A stretch of DNA of 55,048 nucleotides from Octopus bimaculoides (taxonomy: Eukaryota), in assembly GCF_001194135.2 (NCBI RefSeq), contig NC_068994.1:1859462-1914509 (forward strand), written 5' to 3'. How positions within the stretch are numbered: position 1 is the first letter of the stretch; the number at the start of each line of letters is the position of its first letter. Shown here piece after piece: positions 9,548-21,509 of the stretch. Under the pieces are notes generated by a model. That model searched no databases, had not been told where the DNA came from, and worked only from the letters and a program-made list of their open reading frames with translations. A program made the translations under genes and the position numbers.

Positions 9548-9607
9548 ATTTATACTCCTACTATACCCTCCTAAAATACACGGTAGTCAAGTGCCAAGTG
9601 TCAAGTT
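9548..9607 (-). promoter_or_regulatory. Candidate core promoter: TATA box plus three tandem (T/C)CAAGT(G/T) heptamers
   Basis: TATAAAT on the minus strand; TCAAGTG-CCAAGTG-TCAAGTT at 9587-9607 resemble the NK2 homeodomain site TCAAGTG. Confidence 0.4.
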
Positions 9608-9747
9608 AGATTTAGGCTGTGCTGTTTGTAGTCATTACTTTGTTATGGGTTTAGTTTGAATTTCTTCTGAGTAGATAGTATGTAATATGCATATATATAT
9701 ATATAGAGATATAGATATAGATATAGATATAGATATGTATGTATGTA

Positions 9748-9967
9748 TGAGGTGGGGCTGAAATGTTCCTGGCTTTGGGTAAAAAAAATACAGAAAGATC
9801 AGTTAATCATGATTTTATTCAACATATTCCCCTCTCAGATTCACACATTTATTGCAATGGTCCTTCAGTTTCTCGAAGCCCTGTAAATGAACTCTGACTT
9901 TAGGGCTTCCAACCACACTTTTCACAATACCCTTAATGCCAGGGAACATTTCAGCTCCCCACTCACA
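9748..9967. mobile_element. Mariner-derived MITE
   Basis: TIRs GAGGTGGGGCTGAAATGTTCCTGGC / GCCAGGGAACATTTCAGCTCCCCACTC in TA context; internal minus frame EKLKDHCNKCVNLRGEYVE* resembles a mariner C-terminus. Confidence 0.8.
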
Positions 9968-9997
9968 TATATATATACTTACGTGTGTGTGTGTGTG

Positions 9998-10028
<31 letters not shown>

Positions 10029-10094
10029 TCTTTTACTCTTTTACTGGTTTCAGCTAGGGGCTGGGACCATGCTGGAGCACCAACTTTCATTGTT

Positions 10095-10400
10095 TTGGGA
10101 TCTCCTTTCGGTACTGTTTTTGGTGAAGAAGCAATTTGGATGAAGCTGCTTTTATTTGTGCCTCCTGCCGCAATGTGAGCTCATCTGGGATTTCAGATAA
10201 AAATTTGTCCAGGTGCTTTTTGAACATTGCCACATCTTCATCTTGCCGACCTCGTAGGTACCTTGGCAGGATGTTAAGCAGTTGTGGTCCCCTGAACCCC
10301 AAGCTGTTGCAATACTTGGTCCTTATCTGAGATAAAGAAAAGGATATCCTTGGTATTATGCAGTGCCATCCAGTTCAATGGTTGGTATAACTTTTAATTC
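10095..10400 (-). mobile_element. CR1/Jockey-group LINE 3' end
   Basis: GFRGPQLLNILPRYLRG..EDVAMFKKHLDKFLSEIPDE...AASSKLLLHQ is typical of CR1-like ORF2 C-termini. Confidence 0.75.
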
Positions 10401-11169
10401 CAAAGGTGGGAGCAAAACTTTATATATGTGTGTGTGTATATATANNNNNNNNNNNNNNNNNNNNNNNNNNNNNNNNNNNNNNNNNNNNNNNNNNNNNNNN
10501 NNNNNNNNNNNNNNNNNNNNNNNNNNNNNNNNNNNNNNNNNNNNNNNNNNNNNNNNNNNNNNNNNNNNNNNNNNNNNNNNNNNNNNNNNNNNNNNNNNNN
10601 NNNNNNNNNNNNNNNNNNNNNNNNNNNNNNNNNNNNNNNNNNNNNNNNNNNNNNNNNNNNNNNNNNNNNNNNNNNNNNNNNNNNNNNNNNNNNNNNNNNN
10701 NNNNNNNNNNNNNNNNNNNNNNNNNNNNNNNNNNNNNNNNNNNNNNNNNNNNNNNNNNNNNNNNNNNNNNNNNNNNNNNNNNNNNNNNNNNNNNNNNNNN
10801 NNNNNNNNNNNNNNNNNNNNNNNNNNNNNNNNNNNNNNNNNNNNNNNNNNNNNNNNNNNNNNNNNNNNNNNNNNNNNNNNNNNNNNNNNNNNNNNNNNNN
10901 NNNNNNNNNNNNNNNNNNNNNNNNNNNNNNNNNNNNNNNNNNNNNNNNNNNNNNNNNNNNNNNNNNNNNNNNNNNNNNNNNNNNNNNNNNNNNNNNNNNN
11001 NNNNNNNNNNNNNNNNNNNNNNNNNNNNNNTACCACCACTTTATCTTGAAATTCTGTTTATTTGCGTATGTGTGTATGTCCTTAGCTCATTCTGTTCTCT
11101 GTGGCTCATAAGACAGCATGTTGCATCACTTCAGGAAATCCTGCCCCTTGCCTCACCTCCTGTAAATCT

Positions 11170-12290
11170 CCCATGAACATCTTCCATCATGTTTCTATGC
11201 CCTTCCACACTTTTCCTTGACCCCCCCCTTCACCACTATAACCCATGGTTATGTAAATTCCAACAATCATAGATTCTGTCTTACAAATCTCCTTCTTCTT
11301 TTGTTGGCAAGAAGCAGACCCATTCTCCTCACCAATTCTTTGTTGATAATATATTTGATCCTTGGAATCCCCAGTATATTTCCAATGTATTGCCAATGGA
11401 AATTATTTAGCTTGCAGCCTATTTTGTTGGTTGTACCTTTCCAAGGCTTCAAGGCAAACATCACATGTTTGTTATTTTGAGGTGGAACTTGAGAGTATAG
11501 ATTGCTGATTGTGTTATACAAGATTAACATTTAGCACACTGTGGGTGCATCATATCACCACATGAGTTTTTTTCCCCTGTCGTAACAGAGGAAGCAACTC
11601 TGGAGAAAATGCAGCAAGCTAAAGGTTAAGCTGTTGGAACACCCTCACAGCCTTACTAAGCCCTGTTTCTGCTTTCCGTCCTGCAGCACCACTGTTGGAA
11701 TTAATACTTCAAATATATTGGAAGCTATTGACACATGCAAGTCAGTGTCAATCGGTTGTGATGGTCGATGATGGCCAATAGATATGTCCTTGGTTTTCTT
11801 ACAGCTCATGTGCAAGATAACCTTCTTTAGGATTTCTCTTAAGATATTCATCATCTCTTATACACCCTTCAGGATGTAACTCTTGATTGTGATGTTGTCA
11901 TTGGAATCAAGATTACACAACCTTTCACCATTCTATTAGATTCCAAAGAATGTATCACATATTGCCAACTTCAAAATAAAATTGATGTCAACAAGAAATA
12001 GGAAAGACAAGGAGATGCAGCCCTGACAAATATTTGTCTTGATCCAAGCATCTTCCTATTGCCTTCATTTATCCTGACACAACATCTGGTGTGACAATAG
12101 ATGGACTTGATGTTGATATATTTCTAAGAGTTCCCATACAGACCTACTATTTCCCGTGACTACACATGATGCTATAAAAAGCTTTTTGAAGGAATAGAGT
12201 TTCCACCAAAGCATTTGAGAATCATTGCATTGTCTGACCATATTTTGTTGTGTAAAGATTCATTCAGTTTAAGACCTTCCTCCTTGAAAG
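11170..12290 (-). mobile_element. Degenerate RTE-type LINE reverse transcriptase
   Basis: Manual minus translation with stops and frameshifts: QKAFYSI...KTNICQGCISLSFLFLVDINFILK...NLDSNDNITI (QG and xADD regions), ILHMSCKKTK, NILGIPRIKYIINKELVRR. Confidence 0.7.
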
Positions 12291-12338
12291 TCAACTTGTT
12301 CTAGAAATTAGTTTGACTTCCACTCTCAGTCAATTCAG

Positions 12339-12453
12339 GATGCACCCCTGTTTAATAAGCATAGTTTGTGGGAAAAAGCAAATGTTGCATGCTTCATTAT
12401 CCACTTGCATTTGCTTTTCCCCACAAACTATGCTTATTAAATAGGGGTGCATC
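12339..12453. repeat. 46-bp inverted repeat (2 mismatches) with 23-nt spacer
   Basis: GATGCACCCCTGTTTAATAAGCATAGTTTGTGGGAAAAAGCAAATG (12339-12384) versus 12408-12453. Confidence 0.95.
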
Positions 12454-13062
12454 TTCTATGCAGGCGCATACAGTATCTTAAAGGGGTTTTATTGGGAGAA
12501 GAGAAATAGTTTGTGCTTGTAAATTCAATATTATGACAAGGGACTGGAATAAAATATGAAACCCATAAATGTTTCATAAATAAATCACAGAATCGTGCCA
12601 CCCATGCCAGCATGGAAGGCAGCTGTTAAACGACGACGATGATGAACTGTTGTATCTCAGCTTATTTTCTTTTGGATTCATTGTACAGTTTCTTTATATT
12701 TTAGTCCAGAGGATTGCACAACAGGATGTAAACCATCAGGGCAGTACCCACCACTGTGGTTTGCTAATTATCCACTCATCCAAATACTGTTGAGCTTCCA
12801 TGAGTAAGGGACTCTTTCTCTGGTTGTAGCATTTTCCCTTCAAACTGCCAGACTTTGGAATCCTCTTCCATCTCATTGTTGTCCTCCTTCTTTCAAGTCT
12901 AAAAGTAAAATCTTTCCATTTCTCTTCATTTTTACTTCTCCATTGTTCCTTATACTAAATGGTTTCCCACCTTTTTTGGAATTTCTTATAAAAGAAAAAT
13001 AGCTGAGATGCAACAAAAATCTACCATTCCTTTCATCTTTCTTGGAGAATTTCCATTTAGAC

Positions 13063-13328
13063 AAGTGGTTCTCAACCAGGGTCCTTGTTACCCCTAATGC
13101 TCTCTGCAAAATTTTGTTGTTAAAATTTATGTGCAAGAAATTGGCTCTGCTTTTACAATACACAAAATATTTGAACAACGTTTTTATTTTTTTTAATTCC
13201 TCATAGTATTAAATTCTAAAAATATATTTGGATTTTTTTATACCTTGAATCTGTATGAAGTGTCCACCTGAGTATAAAAATTATCAAAGAGGTCCATAGG
13301 TAAAGAAAAAAATGGCTAAGAACCACTG
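13063..13328. mobile_element. hAT-superfamily MITE with 8-bp TSD
   Basis: Termini AAGTGGTTCTCAACC / GGCTAAGAACCACTG; flanks ATTTAGAC (13055-13062) and ATTTAGAT (13329-13336). Confidence 0.8.
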
Positions 13329-13860
13329 ATTTAGATAATGAACAGAGGTTTCTTAAAAGATGGAATGGTCAGTCAATAATGTAAGACACATATCACATGT
13401 GGGTTATGTATGCTAGGGGAGGGGGCATAATGAAATGATGTGGTTTCCCCACTCAGCTGCCAATGTACCGTAGGGAAATTTTCCTAAGTTTCTTAATTTG
13501 GCTTCTTTATAATGTTTCATGATTTGTGACAATTATTGTGCCAAGCAAACTAAGGCTCATTTGAGTCCCTAGCCTACAACACTCAGTCTCCCATCTATAA
13601 TGCAGTCATATTAGACACAGGGCAATTTTTAATGCATTTATAAATAAAAATTAAAAGAAAAACAGTGTTTCATACTTCGAAAGATGATATTTTAGTTATA
13701 TTCGGGAGAAAGGAAACTGAGTGGAAAATCTGATTTGATAAATGGTTAAAAGAAGTTGTTTTGGAAAAGGCGGTCGGTTTGGTCACTACTTTTCATCCAA
13801 TGGGGGTATATGTATAATAAATGTATGTATATATTTGTCGAGAATATATTTCAATGAACA

Positions 13861-14085
13861 GTAAATTCGTGCGGGTGACACGTAAATTCGTGCGGGTGAC
13901 ACGTAAAAGCACCCACTACACTCTCTGAGTGATTGGCGTTAGGAAGGGCATCCAGCTGTAGAAACTCTGCCAAATCAGACTGGAGCCTGGTGTTGCCATC
14001 CGGTTTCACCAGTCCTCAGTCAAATCGTCCAACCCATGCTAGCATGGAAAGCGGACGTTAAACGATGATGATGATGATGATGATG
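13861..14085 (+). mobile_element. Young, 5'-truncated family C (GAT)n-tailed retroposon with a 21-bp tandem duplication at its 5' end
   Basis: Near-identical to 52493-52689; GTAAATTCGTGCGGGTGACAC occurs twice (13861-13902). Confidence 0.85.
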
Positions 14086-14669
14086 AACAGTGTCCACATT
14101 GAGCAGAAAACTGACACGCTGGTGCTTTGTGACAAAAATACTTTGTGATATTCACATCTCGCGAGTTATGCAGAGACTACCATATCGTTTTCGCCATCGA
14201 TGGAGCAACGAATAAACTCAATGAAAATCGCCTACAATTGTCGACGTATTGTTCAAAAACTGCGATATTTATGTGGTAAAAGCAAGTTTTACTAAATGAA
14301 AATGCAAAAATATTAGTAAAAGAGAAAGAAATAATTAGTGGTGACAGATAAATATCCCCAATGCTACTTGTAAGATGAAATATATTACGTCGTGGATGAC
14401 TGGCGAATTTTAATATTTTAGGTGCTCCAGCATGGCCACAGTCAAATGACTGAAAAGAGTAAAGGACCTCAGTTATACAAAGTTACACGATACAAAAATT
14501 CCTTTTAGTGAGATCACTAAGTTATCTCCCCTGACAAGTTTAAATAACTACGAAGTTACCTCCCTTTGGGGATACATTTTTCACCTGAGCAATTGATCGA
14601 CATTTCATAGATGTTAATCGATGTCCGAGGGATGATTGGCAAAGTCATGATCAAAGCCACGATAACCAT

Positions 14670-15780
14670 TCATATACATACATATACGTACATACAGAAA
14701 AGCAACCACACACTCATAAGTATGTTTGATGTATGAGTTTCAGTCCAGGCGATGTTAATTCGGTCCTCAATCTTGGTCGAGGTGGTATCGATCCCTTCAG
14801 AATATAATCTGTCATTGCTTAGATGTTCTTGTGCAAGTCTCATAAATTTCACAAGAAATCACGCAGATTTCTTTCCCTTCGTCTGATGGGGAGTCGATGA
14901 GGTTTTTGTTTTGTAGTTTTGTCGATGTTTCATGTTGTTCTTTGGTTAAGTTTGATATTATTTTTGATTCCTTCCTTAAAGATGCTGGAGATAGATTGTT
15001 TCAGTCTAAATAGTTTGTGGTTGAGTTCTCGGTTGGTTGGGAGTGGGTGGTCTAGCTGGTGCGTGGGAAATTTGCCGAGTGTGTTGTTGTTGTTGCTCTT
15101 TATTACCGATAGCCATTTGAGTTGGTCGGCTGTTCGGCAAAAGTTGGCTTCCAGGTCGAGTAAGATGTTGGGTCTAGATAAATTTAGGGCCCAGACTGAA
15201 GAATTCTAGTTCTTCATGAGAGAGCGACCCATTCAAGTCTGAGACTAGGACTTTCGTTGTTGATGGTGTGTTGGTGACCACTGATGTTAGGGTTCATCTG
15301 TATTGGTGTAATGGGCCGAGCTGTTGTTGTGGCGGTGTTTGGTACAAAGCCAGAGGAATTTAAGTTTGAGGCGTTTCTTCTCTTGGTCAACACAGCGCTG
15401 GTAGCATCGGTCAACAGCTGCGGTTGTTCTTTAGTGTGTAGGTTCTGGGGTTGACGTGATGCTGGGTATTATTCCAGAGAACTTGCCTATGTGCTCATAG
15501 AGTTGGTGGTGTTGATGGTGTATGATTTCTCTAATGACGAATGTATTTCAGTGATCGTCAAAAGGTAAGGCTGCGAAAGCATGTGGGTAGATGTATGTTC
15601 CTGATTTTGTTGGGAATTATGTTGTTTTTTTTTTAGGCAGCATTTAAGGAGGTTTACTTGGCATCCGACTTTAGCACGTTTCTCCGATAGCTTGATTAAC
15701 TCCCTAGCGATTGCGAACTCGGCCTGACCCAGGCGTAGAGATAGGAGGGTATTGTTATTCGCTGCAAGCATTGTGTATTG
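14670..15780 (-). mobile_element. Penelope-like element remnant (N-terminal region up to the start of RT)
   Basis: Minus translation SLGPKFI...NILLDLEANFCRTADQLKW...LTKEQHE...NKNLIDSPSDEGKEICVI...RLAQEHLSNDRLY...TTSTKIEDRIN resembles the PLE LGPKF / ADKG / YIRLAEEHL region. Confidence 0.7.
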
Positions 15781-16454
15781 TTTGTGAAATGTAACGTAAA
15801 TGGCACAAAAATGCAGAGTGGACTATAATAACGGTTATAAATAATCTAACTATTCATAGCCTGGCATATCCGCAGCGCTGCTTCCAACTTGAGTGTTCAT
15901 TTTTTTAAATAAATAAATAGCTGTAATTTCCATGAAAGGATTAATTATCACTACTTAATTTATTCCACAAACTTCTAAATCTAAATTGTTTGACTCTGTT
16001 CTTTCATTCCTCGAACTGAGGATGACAAAGCTCTTCAATTTTTTTCACAATACCTCAGTAACATGGTCCTGAGTTTATTTAGGATTCACAATTAACTGAC
16101 TGAGATGCCGGGATGGTGGATTAAAAGAATTTTCAGAGTGACAGAGAAAATGTGTTGAAGTCGCGTCGCTGTTTGTTCTCGTTTTAACTCTGGCCGAGGT
16201 CAATAAAGCAATTCCCAGCCAAGGACAGGGATCGATATCATCAATATGTTCCCTTTGGTCCAGATTTCAATAGCGATGATTATAACAAGGTCTATAAAGT
16301 AAGCGTACACTGCTTAGCGATATTGTCACGAATTCTCAAAGCCCTGTCATTCAGTGAATATCTGGTCAATCGTGCTGCACCCAGAATGGAAGCCACATTA
16401 TTCCTCATCTAGCTTCGGTGTGACAATATCCCTACATCTCGTATTTAAAAAAAT

Positions 16455-16702
16455 AATAAATGCGCCCTTTTAAAGCCTAGCCAGGCTCATGGGTCCGGTT
16501 TCTCGGTTTCAATGGCGTATATGTTCCGCAACTGGACGGGACGCCAGTCCATTGCAGCGTTACTCATTTTTGCCAGCTGAGTGGACTGGAGCAACGTGAA
16601 ATGAAGTGTTTTGCTCAAAAACACAACGCGCCGCCCGGTCCTGGAATCGAAACCACAATCTTAAGATGCTGACACCTTAACCACTAAGCCACGCGCCTCC
16701 AC
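16455..16702 (-). mobile_element. tRNA-derived SINE (family B)
   Basis: Reverse complement begins GTGGAGGCGCGTGGCTTAGTGG (A box)...GTTTCGATTCC (B box), followed by TTGCTCCAGTCCACTCAGCTGGCAAAAATGAG; related pieces at about 26210-26430 and 36455-36560. Confidence 0.85.
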
Positions 16703-17364
16703 ACATCTTGTATTATATTATACTACATATAATCATTCTATTAATATCAATTTTTTTTCTCCTTCTTTCACTTTTGATTTAAAAATACAACTAGAGGTTC
16801 TACGTTCAGTCTTAGTTTTTTTCCCATCGTTTTTTTTTTTTGTCTCTACTCCACTTTTAAAAACATATTGAGGGATTGCGCGTCCAATCCCAGGAAAGTC
16901 TTCCCAATCATTCTATTTTTCTCTCTCCATTTTGGACACCAAACCGTGACCAAGAGTTGTGCGTTTAATCTCAGGTGCATGTTTTCCCCGACTGTCGTCC
17001 AGACAAAGACACATCCAATCATTATTGTTAGGTTGTGGCAGGGATGAGCCGTTCAGAAGCTTCCTTTGCAGCCAAGTGATTTCAGGTTCAGTTTCAATGC
17101 GCGGCACCCGGGGTGTCTTCAATTAAAACTTTAAGCTGAATAAATTTCGTAGACAAAAACTGAGGATGGGCTAAAAAAAGAAGAGATTCAAATTCGTACC
17201 AGTTATGAATTGGGGTCGATTTCACGGCTTCTTCTTCTTTGCCTCTGTCAATCACTGCGACGACGACGACGACATTCTCTGGAAACGTTTCGAGACAAAA
17301 CTAGTTAAAGGGAGGTAACTTAGTATTGCTTATTTTGACATTGTTAAAACTTTAATTTAAGAAA

Positions 17365-17890
17365 TGTTTTTTAACCCCAGATCACCCTGCATTGAGATAA
17401 TCCGTGGACCAAGGCGTTTCAACTATGATCACCATATTGTGTTCCAGGAATAGTGTATCTAGGACTACAGTATTCAATGTGTCTGTTTTCTCAGACCATT
17501 GGGTATTATTACAAGGAAATCTGGCTTCTATTTCTACCAGGTTGAGCGACTTCTCTCGTTAGTCTCTGAACAATATAGCAAGTCACGTGGGTTATAATAT
17601 AGTCGTGAGTCACGTGTTCATAGTATAATTTGCATTGTCACAGTAATACCACACCAATGGATTACATGACAGCCACAAAACATCACTAAGCTACATGGTT
17701 CAGTGTTTAACCCTAAGCGGAGTTGAAATGAACACGTCCATTCCATCCATGGCCATCACATCTGTATTTCAGCTATTGTCTCTAGAACATTGTTATCCAA
17801 TTTTCTAAAGACATTCGGGTGTGATAGGCAAGATATCTGGCTGCTATTTCTAATAATTAAAACAATGTAGAAATGCTTTCTATTGGTTCG
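17365..17890 (+). mobile_element. Two degenerate copies of a short dispersed repeat (family F)
   Basis: TTAACCCCAGATCACCCTG...GACCAT...TAGGACTACA...GGCTGCTATTTCTA motifs shared with 23040-23220, 29460-30270, 32380-32480, 43570-43700, 53170-53370. Confidence 0.6.
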
Positions 17891-18948
17891 ACTGTGTCAC
17901 GTGATAACCAGCAGTACTCACGTGATATTAACCCTAGGATAACATTAACCTACTGACAACAAAGTGATCGACATCTTTCTTGCATTTTATTGACATAACA
18001 TTCGATGATTGTCATAGGTACACTTAGACACACTACACATCCACCCTCCATTCACACACCTTCCAAACACCCATGCACTACAGCAGCATGCCCCACCCTG
18101 CTCAGCACCAGCATGCTCCCACCCACTACACCAGCGTGTACCCCAAAATAACAACCCATGCCCCAACAGAAACCCACCCAAATACACCTTCAAAAGGTTG
18201 TACTGAAGAGAAACCGATAAAAACACAGGAATATTATAAAAAGGTTTATTTCCATTGTTGCTGTTGTTGTTGTTGTTGTTGTTGTTGTTGCTGTGATGGT
18301 AGTGGTATGGGTGGGTGGTCGTATCTGGGTGTAACTTGTTGTTGTTTTTTGTTAATAATATAACATTAAATGAGATAACAATTATAATGTTCACATACAT
18401 ATGGCTACACACACACACACGCAGACACTCACACACATATATGTATGTATTTATGTATATATATATGTATGTATATACATAAATATATATGTGCATGTAT
18501 ATATATACATAAATATATATATGCATGTATATATATATACATAAATATATATATACATGTATATATATGTGTGTGTGTGTATGCATACACATACACACGA
18601 GAATTGGTTAGGTTTGTTTTGAATATATATGTTGCTATTTTAGTATTAGAGGCCATAATTTACACATCACAAGTAACAGGTCAAGGGTCATAGGTCATAG
18701 GTTATGGGTCAGTTCCAAGGAGTGGGGCAAGGTCAGAGGTGAAAGGTCACAAGCAATAACATGTAAACTAACAAATGTTCCAAATAATAACAACATATAT
18801 TGGAAGAGTCGATGGGAGAAAGGAAAAACATTTAAAATCTGTTGTGTCTGTTAGTTGTTGTCTTAGTGGTATGAGCTGTGATGTGATGTAGAGGCCTTTA
18901 TGCATGATCTGTGCGACACTAATTTCCTCCATGATATAATTAACTGCT

Positions 18949-18975
18949 TCATCGTTTCGTGAATCTTGTTGGTAA
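18949..18975 (-). CDS. Candidate terminal coding exon for PcdhC (LPTRFTKR* if phase 0)
   Basis: Strong acceptor tttctctcttctcttccacag|TTACC (AG at 18977-18976) followed by unique sequence with no good donor; AATAAA on the minus strand at 18250-18245. Linkage to PcdhC is inference. Confidence 0.3.
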   Translation of the reverse strand, partial: LPTRFTKR

Positions 18976-19043
18976 CTGTGGAAGAGAAGAGAGAAACATA
19001 TAAGATATTTTATAGATATATTTATAAATAAGCATAATGTACT

Positions 19044-19093
<50 letters not shown>

Positions 19094-19209
19094 TATATAC
19101 ATACACCTAGTGTAAAAAGATTTTAGTAGCAGAGGCAGGATGCTCATGCAGGGGGTAATGCAACATGTTCCCTGAACAGCCACTGTAACATAGAGACAGT
19201 TGTATATGA

Positions 19210-19540
19210 AGATGAGGTAGAAGCCAAAGGACCCAATGGGCAACCTAGCATGCGGAAGTATGCTCCACGGGATGGGGAATGTCAGTGTGCATGCATGACA
19301 GAGTGTAAATGATTCAAGAGGAAAACTTCGATATGTGGCATCAGGTGTAGTGTACCAGAGAGAAAACTGTGATGGTATGGTCATGGGATGTGTTTGGATG
19401 AGGACAGCTGCATAAAGAAGTGCTGAGCTCTAATTGTGGAGGGAACCTATGGAAGCTGACGATCCAGGAAGGCATGAGATGAAGTGGTGAAAAAATGATG
19501 TTTAGATGTTGTGCATCACAGAGAAGGCATTTTGGCAATT
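19210..19540 (+). mobile_element. RTE-type LINE 3' coding remnant
   Basis: Degenerate equivalent of LRWYGH...DEDSCIKKC...IVEGTYG..RSRKA.DEVVKND. Confidence 0.7.
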
Positions 19541-21509
19541 TGCTTTGAGAAAGAATTATTCAACAAAGTAGAATGAAGGCCATAATAGCAGATCCTTTAT
19601 GTTCACCTTTGTCCTTCTCTTATACAGAGTCTGTTCCCAGACAAACCTCCCCCACAACCCATTTTCCCAACACCCCCAGCCTATGATCATGACTCACTGT
19701 ATACCCCGCCCCTTTATCTCCCACTTACCCATCACACCCTCACAAACCTACCTGCAGACAATATGACCCCATGGAATCTCATCCCTACAACATATCCTCC
19801 TGACCCACCCNNNNNNNNNNNNNNNNNNNNNNNNNNNNNNNNNNNNNNNNNNNNNNNNNNNNNNNNNNNNNNNNNNNNNNNNNNNNNNNNNNNNNNNNNN
19901 NNNNNNNNNNNNNNNNNNNNNNNNNNNNNNNNNNNNNNNNNNNNNNNNNNNNNNNNNNNNNNNNNNNNNNNNNNNNNNNNNNNNNNNNNNNNNNNNNNNN
20001 NNNNNNNNNNNNNNNNNNNNNNNNNNNNNNNNNNNNNNNNNNNNNNNNNNNNNNNNNNNNNNNNNNNNNNNNNNNNNNNNNNNNNNNNNNNNNNNNNNNN
20101 NNNNNNNNNNNNNNNNNNNNNNNNNNNNNNNNNNNNNNNNNNNNNNNNNNNNNNNNNNNNNNNNNNNNNNNNNNNNNNNNNNNNNNNNNNNNNNNNNNNN
20201 NNNNNNNNNNNNNNNNNNNNNNNNNNNNNNNNNNNNNNNNNNNNNNNNNNNNNNNNNNNNNNNNNNNNNNNNNNNNNNNNNNNNNNNNNNNNNNNNNNNN
20301 NNNNNNNNNNNNNNNNNNNNNNNNNNNNNNNNNNNNNNNNNNNNNNNNNNNNNNNNNNNNNNNNNNNNNNNNNNNNNNNNNNNNNNNNNNNNNNNNNNNN
20401 NNNNNNNNNNNNNNNNNNNNNNNNNNNNNNNNNNNNNNNNNNNNNNNNNNNNNNNNNNNNNNNNNNNNNNNNNNNNNNNNNNNNNNNNNNNNNNNNNNNN
20501 NNNNNNNNNNNNNNNNNNNNNNNNNNNNNNNNNNNNNNNNNNNNNNNNNNNNNNNNNNNNNNNNNNNNNNNNNNNNNNNNNNNNNNNNNNNNNNNNNNNN
20601 NNNNNNNNNNNNNNNNNNNNNNNNNNNNNNNNNNNNNNNNNNNNNNNNNNNNNNNNNNNNNNNNNNNNNNNNNNNNNNNNNNNNNNNNNNNNNNNNNNNN
20701 NNNNNNNNNNNNNNNNNNNNNNNNNNNNNNNGATACAAATATCTTTGAAAATGTGTAAATACATTTGTTGAAAATGATGACAGCAGAGATGGCAATTCAC
20801 ATGATGGTGGTGGTGGCGGTGGCGACGGTAGTTGCTGTGGCAGCAGTGGTGGTGGTTGTGGTGGTGGGGATGGTGATGATGAGAACTAGGAGGAGGAGGA
20901 GGCTGACAGCAACACTGATTTTGATGGTGATTGTGGTGATATTGATTATGTTGGTAACAGTATTAGTGGTAGTGTGATTGGCTGTGGGTTGCAGTATATG
21001 TGATAGTTGTAGTGGTGGTGGTGGTGTATTGAGTATTGTTGCCAGTGCTGTCCATATTAGTATTCTAAACACAACTAATTAACTTGTAATTAGTGTTGTT
21101 GTTGTTGTTGTTGGTTTATCTGCAGGATAAAATATATTTATTTCATTTCATATTGAAATGTTATCATTTGGATAAATATCAATTAATTTAAGATAATTAG
21201 TCTATTATTGTTTCATAATGAACATACTTTACATGGGTTGGCAACATGTATATATACATAGACATGCATACTTATATACATGTAGGTATATACACACATG
21301 CACACACACACATGTATGCACACAATTGTATATGTATATCCATACATATGCATACATACATATATGTGCATAGCTATATAGATTCTGTATGTATATATGT
21401 ATATACATATGACCGAATAAATTTCTGTATGTATGTAGTCATGTATGTACATACGTATGTATGTATGCATATTATGTGTGTGTACACACACACACACACA
21501 TATATATCT

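Noticed and set aside
15780-15910. Possible hammerhead ribozyme in the Penelope flank
   Set aside because: No CUGANGA/GAAA core with compatible stems could be found by eye.
19723-19810. Consensus donor TGG|GTAAGT at 19728 (also CAG|GTAAGG at 32689, GAG|GTAAAT at 23577, TCT|GTAAGT at 53508)
   Set aside because: No convincing paired acceptor and coding or conserved exon could be defined; some lie in or next to repeats or gaps.
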